Virus record (IMG/VR): IMGVR_UViG_3300021254_000026
Location: 44,010-108,009 of that record
DNA from: a virus
Lineage: Duplodnaviria; Caudoviricetes
DNA: 64,000 nucleotides
Direction: 5' to 3' (one strand)
Part shown: positions 31,350-41,417 of the stretch, piece by piece
Layout: every line of letters begins with the position of its first letter
Numbering within the stretch: position 1 is the stretch's first letter
Made by a program: the position numbers and the translations under genes
Notes under the pieces: generated by a model
The model's input: only the letters and a program-made list of their open reading frames with translations
Told to the model about the DNA's origin: nothing
The model's database searches: none

Positions 31350-32131
31350 TGGAAATTATAATCAATGAACTTTTAGAGGGAAGAGCTACTAGAATAAAGG
31401 ATAGAGATTATTTTGCTACTAAAGCATATGTAGAACCCTTTTTAGAAAGAGCTAACAAATATACTGATAATTTTAAAGTAAAAGTTGAATTACCAAATCA
31501 AGTAACATATACTCAAGATGGTAATATAAATACTGAAGATATTACTTATAATAGAGTATGGATTCAGGGACTACTTCCAGAAATGTATGATGTTGATGGA
31601 GTTCAACAGGTACTTGGAATGGTATATGGATTAGATGTAAGAAAACCTGTATTTAAAGTTTACACTGGAGGTCTTGATACAGCTTGTACTAATTTGTGTA
31701 TATTTAATCCAAATATGTTAAATTGTCAGGAAATTCAACCTGAAACAGCAGTGGACTTTAGACCTGTTGATAACATTATGAAACAAACAGATGATGTTCA
31801 AATGTGGCTTCATAAACTTATTGATACAGAGTTTAATTGTGAAAATTCTATGGTAAATGAATCTCTCGGAAGATGGATTCGAAATTGTATGGAATATTCT
31901 TACGATACAGGATTTGGAAAAGTAAAACTTGCAACATCTATTCCAATTGAAGCATATAAACTTTTATTTGAAAAAGATGATAGTCGTTATAATGTAAATC
32001 GAAAAAATGTACCATCTATGTTCGATGTATATGGTGCATTTACTCAAGTAATCACAGATAATTTGAAAAAAGATATTATGAATCAGACTGAAAAAACTCT
32101 TCTCTTAAAGTCGATTCTTGACTTAAATTAA
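31349..32131 (+). CDS. DUF932-like protein
   Basis: GGLDTACTNLCIF and SMFDVYGAFTQ patterns; family assignment tentative. Confidence 0.6.
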   Translation: MEIIINELLEGRATRIKDRDYFATKAYVEPFLERANKYTDNFKVKVELPNQVTYTQDGNINTEDITYNRVWIQGLLPEMYDVDGVQQVLGMVYGLDVRKPVFKVYTGGLDTACTNLCIFNPNMLNCQEIQPETAVDFRPVDNIMKQTDDVQMWLHKLIDTEFNCENSMVNESLGRWIRNCMEYSYDTGFGKVKLATSIPIEAYKLLFEKDDSRYNVNRKNVPSMFDVYGAFTQVITDNLKKDIMNQTEKTLLLKSILDLN

Positions 32132-32133
32132 AT

Positions 32134-32164
32134 TTTGATTAATACAGTTTAACAGATATAATTA
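32134..32164 (+). promoter_or_regulatory. variant promoter upstream of RNR
   Basis: TTTG-N19-TATAATTA. Confidence 0.55.
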
Positions 32165-32224
32165 TAGTCTATACACTTAATAAAAGTGAGATTATAAATT
32201 ATATTTGTTAAACTTTTTATTTTT

Positions 32225-34480
32225 ATGACAGTAAATGAATGGTTAAATGGAAATGAGTTATCTATAGATATTTGGAAAAATAAATATAGATATAAAGATG
32301 AATCTTTAAATGAATGGTTCAATAGGGTTAGTAGCAACAATCCATTGATTAAAAGACTTCTTCAAGAAAAGAAGTTTTTGTTTGGAGGACGTACTTTATC
32401 TAATGTTAATACAGATAAATCTGGAAGTTATTCAAATTGTTATTCTCACGGATATGTTCCAGATTCATTAGAAGGAATAATGGAAGTTGCTAATAATATT
32501 GCACTGACATTTAAAGCTCAAGGTGGACAAGGAGTATCATTATCTAAAATCAGACCTAAAGGTGCTTTAATCAAAGGACAATTTGAATCAGATGGAATAG
32601 TTCCGTTCATGGAAATATTTAATACTGTAACCTCTAGTATATCACAAGGAGGTTCTCGTAAAGGCGCATTAATGATGTCTATTGATATCTGGCATCCAGA
32701 AGCAGCTAAATTTATTACAATTAAATCTGATTTAAATAAAATCAATAAAGCAAATTTATCTTTGGAAATTAATGATGCATTTATGACTGCTGTAGAAAAA
32801 GGAGTAACAGAACTACATAAGACATTTGAATATGAAGGTGGTTCTTTTGAATATACTGTTAATCCTGTTGAATTATTTAATTTGATTTGCGAACAAGCAT
32901 GGAATTATGCTGAACCTGGGATATTATATACACAGCGTCTTAGAAACTATAATCTGATGCAGTATTGTGATGATTATCAAGTTGAAACTACAAATCCCTG
33001 CGGTGAACAACCACTTTGTAAACATGGAGCTTGTAACTTATGTTCCATAAATATATCAGAATATGTAAATAATCCTTTTACTAAAAATGCTTCGTTTAAT
33101 TATTCAGAATTAAAAGAAGATATTCCTGGTATAGTAAAAGCAATGGATGATATTCTTGAAAAGAATCTAAATAATCACGCATTAAAAGAACAGAAGGAAG
33201 CTGCTCAAAATTATCGTAATATTGGTATTGGTATTATGGGATTATCAGATTGTCTCGTTAAACTTGGATATAAATATGGGAGTCCTGAAGCTGTAGGCTT
33301 TTGTAAGAATTTAATGAAGCATCTTTTCAGAGAGTCTGTATTTGCTAGTGTTGCTTTGGCGCAAGAAAGAGGTAGTTTTCCTAAATATTCTAGTAAAGTT
33401 TGGGATTCTGATATTATTAGAAATGCTTTTAACGATGAAGAAATAGAGCAGTTAAGAGAATTGAACTGTCTGAGAAATTGTTCTTTATTAAGTATTGCTC
33501 CAACTGGGTCGATAGGAACAATGCTTAATGTATCTACTGGTTGTGAACCTTTCTTTATGCTTTCTTATACTCGTAAGACTGAGTCTTTAAACGGAAAAGA
33601 ATCTTATTATGAAGTAGAAGTTCCAATAGTACAAGAATATAAATCTATTACTGGAAATGTTAAACTTCCAGATTATTTTGTAACATCTAATAATATTGGA
33701 TGGAAAGAAAGAGTAGATATGCAGTCCGCATTACAAGAGTTTTGTGATACTGCTATTAGTTCTACTGTAAATCTCCCAGAATCTGCTACTATCGAAGACG
33801 TTAAAAATCTTTATTTGTATGCTTGGCATAAAGGATTAAAAGGAATTACGATTTTTAGAAATAATTGTAAGAGATTGGGTATTCTTACAGAAAAACCTAA
33901 AGAAGAAATAGTTCAACTTGAAGCAAGTCATGATGAACTTCCAAGAGGATTTATAGTTAAAGCTGGTGATGATTGTATTGGGTTGAAACGAACTTTGACT
34001 ACGGGTTGTGGTACGTTACATTGTACTGCATATTTCCATCCTCAAACTGGAGAATTACTTGAAACATATCTTTCTAAAGGTTCAAAAGGTGGATGTCAGA
34101 ACTTTATGGTAGGATTAAGTCGTATGATTAGTCTTGCTGCAAGAGGAGGACTTCCTTTAGAAGCAATTCTCGATCAATTAAAATCTTGTGGCACTTGTCC
34201 ATCTTATGCTGTGCGTTCAGCAACTAAAAAAGATACATCTTTAGGTAGTTGTTGTCCAATTGCAGTAGGTAATGCTTTGAAAGACATGTATAATGAAATG
34301 CAAGAAAGATTGAAAAATTGTGTTCCTGACCAAAGAGAAAAAAGAAATGTTAAAATGTCAAATTTTAAACCACAAGATACAACTGAATTAGAAGAGTGTC
34401 CAGAATGTCATCATAAAACTTTGATACATTCCGGGGGTTGTGTTCAATGTATCGACTGTGGTTGGTCTAAATGTAATTAA
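32225..34480 (+). CDS. nrdJ: class II (adenosylcobalamin-dependent) ribonucleotide reductase
   Basis: SNCY, TNPCGEQPL, CNL, IAPTGS, C-terminal TSCPD-like region and CPEC...CIDCGWSKC; no NrdB seen. Confidence 0.92.
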   Translation: MTVNEWLNGNELSIDIWKNKYRYKDESLNEWFNRVSSNNPLIKRLLQEKKFLFGGRTLSNVNTDKSGSYSNCYSHGYVPDSLEGIMEVANNIALTFKAQGGQGVSLSKIRPKGALIKGQFESDGIVPFMEIFNTVTSSISQGGSRKGALMMSIDIWHPEAAKFITIKSDLNKINKANLSLEINDAFMTAVEKGVTELHKTFEYEGGSFEYTVNPVELFNLICEQAWNYAEPGILYTQRLRNYNLMQYCDDYQVETTNPCGEQPLCKHGACNLCSINISEYVNNPFTKNASFNYSELKEDIPGIVKAMDDILEKNLNNHALKEQKEAAQNYRNIGIGIMGLSDCLVKLGYKYGSPEAVGFCKNLMKHLFRESVFASVALAQERGSFPKYSSKVWDSDIIRNAFNDEEIEQLRELNCLRNCSLLSIAPTGSIGTMLNVSTGCEPFFMLSYTRKTESLNGKESYYEVEVPIVQEYKSITGNVKLPDYFVTSNNIGWKERVDMQSALQEFCDTAISSTVNLPESATIEDVKNLYLYAWHKGLKGITIFRNNCKRLGILTEKPKEEIVQLEASHDELPRGFIVKAGDDCIGLKRTLTTGCGTLHCTAYFHPQTGELLETYLSKGSKGGCQNFMVGLSRMISLAARGGLPLEAILDQLKSCGTCPSYAVRSATKKDTSLGSCCPIAVGNALKDMYNEMQERLKNCVPDQREKRNVKMSNFKPQDTTELEECPECHHKTLIHSGGCVQCIDCGWSKCN

Positions 34481-34482
34481 TT

Positions 34483-34671
34483 ATGAAATATATAGTAGAA
34501 ACTAACGAAACAAATACATATCTTGAAACTTATAAATATATTGTTGAAGCAGAATCTGAAGAAGAAGCTGAAAATAAAGTAAGAGATTCGGATTATGATG
34601 ATGCAGAATTAATAGAACAGAATTATGAATCTGGAAATCTTGATGAAATTGTAAATATAGAAGAAGTATGA
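34483..34671 (+). CDS. small acidic protein, paralog A
   Basis: MKYIV...VEAESEEEAE. Confidence 0.7.
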   Translation: MKYIVETNETNTYLETYKYIVEAESEEEAENKVRDSDYDDAELIEQNYESGNLDEIVNIEEV

Positions 34672-34859
34672 AATATATAGTAAGAACGCTAGAGTCTGTA
34701 ATGGGACATAGAGTTATTGATAATTATGTAGAAGCAGATTCCAAAGAAGAAGCTATCAAAGCTTTTAAGTATAGAGATGTGGAAGATTATGATGTTTATG
34801 ACGAAGACGTAGAATGTGACGTTGAAGAAATTTTAGAAGTGAAACCTTACAATGAGTAA
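34668..34859 (+). CDS. small acidic protein, paralog B
   Basis: MKYIV...VEADSKEEAI. Confidence 0.7.
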   Translation: MKYIVRTLESVMGHRVIDNYVEADSKEEAIKAFKYRDVEDYDVYDEDVECDVEEILEVKPYNE

Positions 34860-35601
34860 AGTATTAGTCATTCCAGATATTCATTGTCGTAATTTCTGGG
34901 AAAAACCTTGTGAAGAATGGGATGGAGAAATTGTCTTTTTAGGTGATTTCTTCGATCCTTATCCTCAAGAAAAGATTGAAAATCCATATGAAAACGCAAG
35001 AAAAGCTATTAAATTTATTCTTAAAAACAAGGAACGAGTTACTATTATTCCAGGAAACCACGACCTTCATTATATCTTTGAAAAAGAAGGATTTATTCAA
35101 GGAAGTAGATTTTGTAGAGACAAAGAGCCAAGACAATTATTGCAAAAAATTAAAGAATTATTTAAAGGAGCTTTAATTAAAGATGATGTAATATTTAGTC
35201 ATGCTGGAATTTCTGAGGATTGGGCATATTCTTTTCTTGACGAATTTATGAAACGTGATGTATCTTCTTTATTAAACTGTGATTGTGTTTTAGAAACGGC
35301 GGAAATATTACAAGATACTCCATTAACTAATTATAACCAAGAATATATTCAAGCTTTATCCATGATAGGTTTTGAAAGAGGCGGAATTGAGCCATGTGGA
35401 TCTTGTGTATGGGCTGATGTATCAGAACATTTTACTATAAAAATGTCCGGTTTTAGTCCTAAATATTATAGTAAATATCAAATATTTGGACATACTTGGT
35501 TAAAGAATCCGATAATTCATGATTGGTGGGCTTGTTTAGATTGTGGAGGAAAGGCTTTCATTGTAGATACAGAAACTCGTGAAATAAAAGAATATGTATA
35601 A
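34852..35601 (+). CDS. metallophosphoesterase
   Basis: PDIH, LGDFFD, GNHD, SHAG, FGHT. Confidence 0.9.
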   Translation: MSKVLVIPDIHCRNFWEKPCEEWDGEIVFLGDFFDPYPQEKIENPYENARKAIKFILKNKERVTIIPGNHDLHYIFEKEGFIQGSRFCRDKEPRQLLQKIKELFKGALIKDDVIFSHAGISEDWAYSFLDEFMKRDVSSLLNCDCVLETAEILQDTPLTNYNQEYIQALSMIGFERGGIEPCGSCVWADVSEHFTIKMSGFSPKYYSKYQIFGHTWLKNPIIHDWWACLDCGGKAFIVDTETREIKEYV

Positions 35602-35878
35602 TGCATATATAACATATATAAATAAACGGGATAGAGAATATTTAGAAAAAGTAAATACTCAAATTCCTGTTTATTTATATTTTTTTGATATGAATTCTTA
35701 CTCTAATAAGAAAAATGGATGGAAAATTAAAAATGTAGCAGGTGCTAAATTAGATCCGTTTGTTTTAGTTAAAGATGAAAAAGATAAGATAATTAAAGCA
35801 TTTTATTCTGAATCTGGAAAAAATGCAATTAATCAATTAATTGAATTTTTAAATGCAAATAAAAGTAAAGAAGCTTAA
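35594..35878 (+). CDS. hypothetical protein
   Basis: 94 aa; coupled to dUTPase. Confidence 0.65.
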   Translation: MYNAYITYINKRDREYLEKVNTQIPVYLYFFDMNSYSNKKNGWKIKNVAGAKLDPFVLVKDEKDKIIKAFYSESGKNAINQLIEFLNANKSKEA

Positions 35879-36338
35879 TGAAAATGCAGTTTTGCCACAT
35901 TATGCTCACTATGGAACTGATATGGGTGCTGATTTAACAGCTATAGATTATAAATATGATCCAGAAAAAGATAGATATATTTATAAAACCGGATTAGCAT
36001 TTGAAATTCCGAAAGGTTTCGGAATGTTAATTGTACCTAGAAGCTCTAACGGTAAAACAGAAGCTTATCTTGCGAATCATGTAGGAGTTATTGATTCAAA
36101 TTATAGAGGAGAAGTGATGTTTATTTATAAGCTTAGAACTCGTAGACAAGATTTATTCCCCGATGTTGATGAAAAGTTAGCTTCTCTTGAAATGGAAAAT
36201 GAATTAGCTCCTTATAAAATTGGAGATAGAATTGGGCAAGCTATAATCTTGCCATATCCTATTATTGACTATATAGAATCTGATGAATTAAGTGAAACCG
36301 ATCGAGGTGAAGGTGGTTTTGGTAGTACTGGAAATTAA
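35853..36338 (+). CDS. dut: dUTPase
   Basis: GADL, PRSS, GVIDSNYRGE, GDRIGQ, RGEGGFGSTG. Confidence 0.96.
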   Translation: MQIKVKKLNENAVLPHYAHYGTDMGADLTAIDYKYDPEKDRYIYKTGLAFEIPKGFGMLIVPRSSNGKTEAYLANHVGVIDSNYRGEVMFIYKLRTRRQDLFPDVDEKLASLEMENELAPYKIGDRIGQAIILPYPIIDYIESDELSETDRGEGGFGSTGN

Positions 36339-36345
36339 TAAAATT

Positions 36346-36663
36346 ATGATTACATTTGAAGAATTTAAATCTGCTATTAATTCTTTATCTAAGATAAACA
36401 ATTTTATAGACAATTTAGAACAAATTACAAAATTAAATATTTCTGAATCAGATTTAGTGCAAGAAACTTGGAAATTATTTGATTTATTTATAAATTCTCA
36501 TTTTACTGAAGAAGCTTCTGATTTAATATTTTGGTGGATTTACGAAGAAGTACCTAAGGTAATATATCAAGATAGTATTTTTGGAAAAGACGAGATTAAT
36601 GTAGAAAATATTGAAGATCTTTGGAAATATATGATAAGTGAAAAAGAAATATATTTTAAGTAA
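36346..36663 (+). CDS. hypothetical protein
   Basis: Likely start ATG 36346 rather than track GTG 36292. Confidence 0.7.
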   Translation: MITFEEFKSAINSLSKINNFIDNLEQITKLNISESDLVQETWKLFDLFINSHFTEEASDLIFWWIYEEVPKVIYQDSIFGKDEINVENIEDLWKYMISEKEIYFK

Positions 36664-36665
36664 TA

Positions 36666-36998
36666 ATGATAAAAGTTAGTGATAAAATAAGGATAGATGT
36701 AGATTATCGATATTTATATAATATAAAGTTATATCGTGATCCACATAGAACTCAATTAGAATACTATTCACAGAAGTTTTATTTAAATGAAAAAGTTTGT
36801 ATAAAATATCCTATAATTCTTATCTATTATAACGATGAACATTTCTTTTGGGATAGTACTAGAATATATGATGTAAATATAATTAAAGATATTTTAAAAA
36901 GAAATCTTTCTTCTTCCGAATCAAAGGAATTTCTAAATAATGATACTCTTATGATAAAATTTGATTTAGATGTTATTCCTCTGAAAAATGTACTATAA
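36666..36998 (+). CDS. hypothetical protein
   Basis: 110 aa. Confidence 0.65.
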   Translation: MIKVSDKIRIDVDYRYLYNIKLYRDPHRTQLEYYSQKFYLNEKVCIKYPIILIYYNDEHFFWDSTRIYDVNIIKDILKRNLSSSESKEFLNNDTLMIKFDLDVIPLKNVL

Positions 36999-37001
36999 TT
37001 T

Positions 37002-38240
37002 ATGAATAACTTTTTTAAAGAAATTCCAAATGAAAGAACCGAATATTTAATATCTCGTGATACTAAAGGCAAAATCAGACTTTGTATCTTTAGCTACGAA
37101 TATGATCAAGATAACAAAAAATTTATAATTCATCGAATATCTGGACAATTAGGTGGTAAAAGAACTAATCAGCCAGATAAAGAAGTTCTTCGTGGAAAAG
37201 CTAAAAGAAGTTTACCTGAACAAGTCGAACTTGAGTTTAATCATTTAGTTAAAGAAAAACTCGATAAAGGTTATAAATTAATTGATAAAGATCCTGAAGA
37301 ATATTCTGAATCTGAATTGAATGAAATCCTCGGTGAAATTATTACAAGTCAAGATGGTATTCCCAAGCCGATGTTAGCTAAGCAATCCGATAAAGTAACT
37401 AACATTAAAACTTTTGATAAAGAGTATTACGCTTCGAGAAAAATTGATGGATTGAGAGCGTTAATATATATGGGAGACGATGGAGAACTTCATACTGCTT
37501 CTCGTGGAGCAATGAATTACGATTCTGCTATGGTTGAAATTCTTACTCATCCCGATCTTATTGAATATTTTAAAAATTATCCAGGTCTTATTCTTGATGG
37601 AGAAGTATATCGTCATGGAATGAGTCTTCAAAAGATTAATTCTATTGCTAGAACACAGGTAAAAGCTACTGATTATAGTGTATTACAATTCTATTTATAC
37701 GATATTGTAGATTTGCAATTACCTTTTGAAAAACGACTTGAAAAAATAAATGAATTAGCTAAAGATTTAAATTTAACTTTTGAACCAGAAAGGACTTTCA
37801 ATGATAACGAACTTCGAATTCAAGTAGTTCCTCATGAAAAAATATCAGGATGGAATAATATTAAATCTTTACACGACAAATATGTGTCTGAGGGTTGGGA
37901 AGGTGTTGTAATAAGACTTGCAGACAGTTTATATAAACCTAATTCTCGTACAAATTCTTGGATTAAAGTAAAACAATATAAAGATTCTGAATTTAAAATT
38001 ATTGGATATGAATTGGGTTTACGTGGAAATGAAGATATGACATTTAGATGCATTACAGAAGATGGAATTGAATTTTTAGCTAAACCTTGGGGCGATAGAG
38101 AATTAAAAGACTGGTATATTGAAAACTTTAATGAAGAATGTTTAAATCAATATGCTGTTGTAAAATATTTCTATCTTAGTGATGATGGAACTCCACTTCA
38201 ACCTTCTGTAAAATGTGTTAGACTTAAAAGTGATATGTAA
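37002..38240 (+). CDS. ATP-dependent DNA ligase
   Basis: PMLA, KIDGLR, LDGEVY, YDI, EGVVIR, IKVK. Confidence 0.93.
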   Translation: MNNFFKEIPNERTEYLISRDTKGKIRLCIFSYEYDQDNKKFIIHRISGQLGGKRTNQPDKEVLRGKAKRSLPEQVELEFNHLVKEKLDKGYKLIDKDPEEYSESELNEILGEIITSQDGIPKPMLAKQSDKVTNIKTFDKEYYASRKIDGLRALIYMGDDGELHTASRGAMNYDSAMVEILTHPDLIEYFKNYPGLILDGEVYRHGMSLQKINSIARTQVKATDYSVLQFYLYDIVDLQLPFEKRLEKINELAKDLNLTFEPERTFNDNELRIQVVPHEKISGWNNIKSLHDKYVSEGWEGVVIRLADSLYKPNSRTNSWIKVKQYKDSEFKIIGYELGLRGNEDMTFRCITEDGIEFLAKPWGDRELKDWYIENFNEECLNQYAVVKYFYLSDDGTPLQPSVKCVRLKSDM

Positions 38241-38242
38241 TT

Positions 38243-38497
38243 ATGAAAGAGTATTTGTTAAAAATATTATCTCAATTATCTGAGGATTGGAATATCGTAG
38301 AATACGAAGAATCTAAATTTATTAGAGTTATTATAAGTGGAGGTGAAAATGGGTTAGGAAAATTTTCTAATTATACGTTACAACTAAATTCATTAGCTAA
38401 TAAATTAGAAGAAACATTTTCTGAAGTGTGGCTTATTAAATGGGAAAATGATGTATTAGATGATATTTGGTATTTAGAGTTAGGGTTAATGCCATGA
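38243..38497 (+). CDS. hypothetical protein
   Basis: 84 aa. Confidence 0.65.
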   Translation: MKEYLLKILSQLSEDWNIVEYEESKFIRVIISGGENGLGKFSNYTLQLNSLANKLEETFSEVWLIKWENDVLDDIWYLELGLMP

Positions 38498-39021
38498 CCG
38501 ACAACTTTCAAATTGTAGTTAATTCTACTTTATTGAGAGAGTTTCCAAAAAATATATTTCTTCTTTATTACGCTAGGTTTTATTATAACTCTGATGAAGA
38601 TCTAACTAATGAGGGCGTAATTCAAAATAACATTAAAGATTTGTTAGATTGGGATGCTAATGGAGATTCGGGTTTAGAGATTTTTTGCTCTAAATTCGAA
38701 TCTCTAAAGAAAAAAGATTTAAAAATGTTAACGAATTATATTATAGATAAAGCTGATGAAATAAAGAAAAAAGCAAAAGAACCAATTAAGCTTAGAAAGT
38801 TAGAACATTATAAGATAATTCGAAGTGAACAAGAAAAACAAGAAGAAAAGATAAAAACACATTTTTGTGATGAAAATTATGAAGCAAATCCTTATGGTAA
38901 ACCAGCTAAAGAAACTGTTTATGAAGGAAGAGTTTATAAGTCAAGACAAGAATGTATGTATAAAGAAGGATTAACAAAAGCTCAATTATACAAGTATCTA
39001 AAAAATAATGAAAAATTTTAA
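38494..39021 (+). CDS. hypothetical protein with C-terminal HTH-like segment
   Basis: Likely start ATG 38494; YEGRVYKSRQECMYKEGLTKAQLYKYL. Confidence 0.65.
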   Translation: MTDNFQIVVNSTLLREFPKNIFLLYYARFYYNSDEDLTNEGVIQNNIKDLLDWDANGDSGLEIFCSKFESLKKKDLKMLTNYIIDKADEIKKKAKEPIKLRKLEHYKIIRSEQEKQEEKIKTHFCDENYEANPYGKPAKETVYEGRVYKSRQECMYKEGLTKAQLYKYLKNNEKF

Positions 39022-39844
39022 GATAACTAAAAATATTCTTAATGAAAAAAGTGATGTACTTTTAGATTATTTTAATGATATTCGAGGAATCGGACTTATT
39101 AATCAAGATAAGGAAAAAGAGTTGGCTATAAAAGCTAAATCTGGTGATCAAAAAGCTTTAGATACTTTAATAAAATCAAATCTAAGGTTCGTTATAAGTT
39201 GCGCTAAACAATATGTAAATCAAGGAGTAGAGTTAATAGACCTTATTTCAGCTGGAAATTATGGGCTTTTACAAGCAGCGCGAAATTATGATCCCGATAA
39301 AGGATATAGATTTTTAACTTATGCTGTGTGGTATATTAGAAGAGAAATATTAAAAGAAATTTATAATAACGGAAGAACAATTCGTTATCCTATTACTTTT
39401 ATAACTAATGTGTCTAAAGTTAAAAAAGCATATGATAAATTTATAAAAGAAAATAATAGAGAACCTTCTGAAGATGAGTTATTAGAATTAGCCGATGTTT
39501 CTAAAAAACAATATGATTCTGTAAATTTAAATAAAAATTATTGTCAATCATTAGAAACTCCTATTTACGAAGATGCTACTCTTGAAGATGTTGTATTGGA
39601 TGATTCTGTTGATATAGAACAAAATTTTGTTACTGATGCTATATTAAATTGTATTAATAGATTACCTGAGCGTGAAAGAATTATAATTAGAGAATATTTT
39701 GGAATAGGGTGTGTAAATAAGAAAATTCCAGAAATAGCAGAGGAGTTAGGGTTGGGTAATGAACGAGTAAGACAATTAAAGAAATCAGGGTTACAAAGAT
39801 TAGAAAAATATAAAAATATATTAAAACCTTTGTTAAATGGCTAA
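39008..39844 (+). CDS. sigma-70 factor derived from Bacteroidota RpoD
   Basis: NLRFVISCAKQY, DLISAGNYGL, FLTYAVWYIRR, RTIRYP, EIAEELGLGNERVRQL; no region 1.1. Confidence 0.92.
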   Translation: MKNFKITKNILNEKSDVLLDYFNDIRGIGLINQDKEKELAIKAKSGDQKALDTLIKSNLRFVISCAKQYVNQGVELIDLISAGNYGLLQAARNYDPDKGYRFLTYAVWYIRREILKEIYNNGRTIRYPITFITNVSKVKKAYDKFIKENNREPSEDELLELADVSKKQYDSVNLNKNYCQSLETPIYEDATLEDVVLDDSVDIEQNFVTDAILNCINRLPERERIIIREYFGIGCVNKKIPEIAEELGLGNERVRQLKKSGLQRLEKYKNILKPLLNG

Positions 39845-40178
39845 AAAAAGTATTGAAAAAAGACTTAAACCCGACTATCATATTTTGATAGAATTTCCAG
39901 ATGGAAAAAAGATTTCTAAATCTAACTTATTAATATCTCAATTATTTAATATTTATTTCATAAATTTAGATAAAAATCTTTCTGTGAAGAAATACTCTAT
40001 ACACGATGCAGATTCTATTATGAACAAATATGATGAATTATTCAAAAATTGTAAAGTTAAAATTCAATATACAGATAGTTGGGGTCATAGATGGAAAGGC
40101 AAAGAAGCCTGGCCGAGAAGAGAAAAATTTATTAATTATTTAAAAGAAAGAATATTAAATTATGAAACTTATTGCTAG
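39837..40178 (+). CDS. hypothetical protein
   Basis: 113 aa. Confidence 0.65.
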   Translation: MAKKSIEKRLKPDYHILIEFPDGKKISKSNLLISQLFNIYFINLDKNLSVKKYSIHDADSIMNKYDELFKNCKVKIQYTDSWGHRWKGKEAWPRREKFINYLKERILNYETYC

Positions 40179-40383
40179 TGAAGAGTCTACGACATTCTAC
40201 GAATTTGATGAAAATGTTTTAGAAGAATATAAAGATTGGGCAACAGCATATGAAAAACCTTTGTCTAAAACATCCTTTACAGAATTTATTTTCGATTACA
40301 ACGATATTGAAGAATATAAGATTGATACAGATTATTCAGGAGATCTTAAATTTAGAAGCTTTAATGAGTGGATTAATCAATAA
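40162..40383 (+). CDS. small acidic protein
   Basis: 73 aa. Confidence 0.65.
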   Translation: MKLIASEESTTFYEFDENVLEEYKDWATAYEKPLSKTSFTEFIFDYNDIEEYKIDTDYSGDLKFRSFNEWINQ

Positions 40384-40730
40384 TGACAGAAAAAGAATTT
40401 TTAGAAAAGAGAGAACCTTTTTGGTTAGAAGGTGAAGATTTAAAAATTGTTATGCCTACTAATTCAGATAGGCAAGATATACATTCTCATTTATGTAAAA
40501 AGTATGGATATAATTGGCTTTATGCTTTAAGAGGATATTGGATGCCTGATCAACATTTTGCCATACTTTATTCTGGAGACTATGAAACTCCTAATTGTAC
40601 TATAATGGTTGCTCAATATTTACTAAATTACTTTCCAGAAGTTGAATGGATAGGTTTTGGATGTAATAAAGGAAAACCTGGAGAAATTTGGGAGCCTAAG
40701 ATTATAGTTAAAAAGGGTGATAAATTATGA
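40383..40730 (+). CDS. hypothetical protein
   Basis: 115 aa; coupled to polB. Confidence 0.7.
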   Translation: MTEKEFLEKREPFWLEGEDLKIVMPTNSDRQDIHSHLCKKYGYNWLYALRGYWMPDQHFAILYSGDYETPNCTIMVAQYLLNYFPEVEWIGFGCNKGKPGEIWEPKIIVKKGDKL

Positions 40731-41111
40731 TAGTTGAAATATATGATTTAGAATGTCTATCTAATTTATTTACTTATACTGGATATATACCACATACTAA
40801 CGAATGGTTTCAATATGTAATATCTGATTGGAGAAATGATGCTGAAGAGTTATATAATCATTTAACTAGAGGAAATTTTATAATGTGTGGATTTAATAAC
40901 AACGCTTATGACTATCCTCTTCTTCATCATTTTCTTCGACATTTTAAAGGAGATTATGAATATAAATCAGGTTTAGACATAGCAACTAAACTTTATGAAA
41001 AATCTCAATATTTAATTGAAGAACAATTTACAGAGGTTAAAAAACCTTTAATTCCCCAAATTGATTTATATAAGATATGGCATTACAACAATAAGGCACG
41101 TCATAGTTCGT
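40727..41111 (+). CDS. polB: family B DNA polymerase, exon 1 (exonuclease N-part)
   Basis: YDLEC, GFNNNAYD; predicted junction ARHSS-L-KDLEIAM. Confidence 0.88.
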
Positions 41112-41363
41112 AAACTAAAATTAGCGAACTTTAAACCAAATAAATTGCGGGGAACCCCTTAGAGCTTAATCTACAGCACATTACAGTAATGTAAATGGTA
41201 GCAAATAAGTTAATGCTTATTGAATTGTAAAAACGATTAAGATTGGGCAATCACATTAAAACGCAGCCAAGTTTCCATTTTATGGAAAAAGGTTCAACGA
41301 CTATCCTTTTATAGGAGTAGAAATGTGTTTAATCATCATATTTCGAAAAATTTGGCATAATAT

Positions 41364-41394
41364 TTTGATACTTTGATAATTGATAATATATTTA
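41364..41394 (+). promoter_or_regulatory. intron-internal variant promoter
   Basis: TTTG-N19-TATATTTA upstream of ATG 41418. Confidence 0.5.
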
Positions 41395-41417
41395 TAATAA
41401 TAAAATTAAAAGTTATT

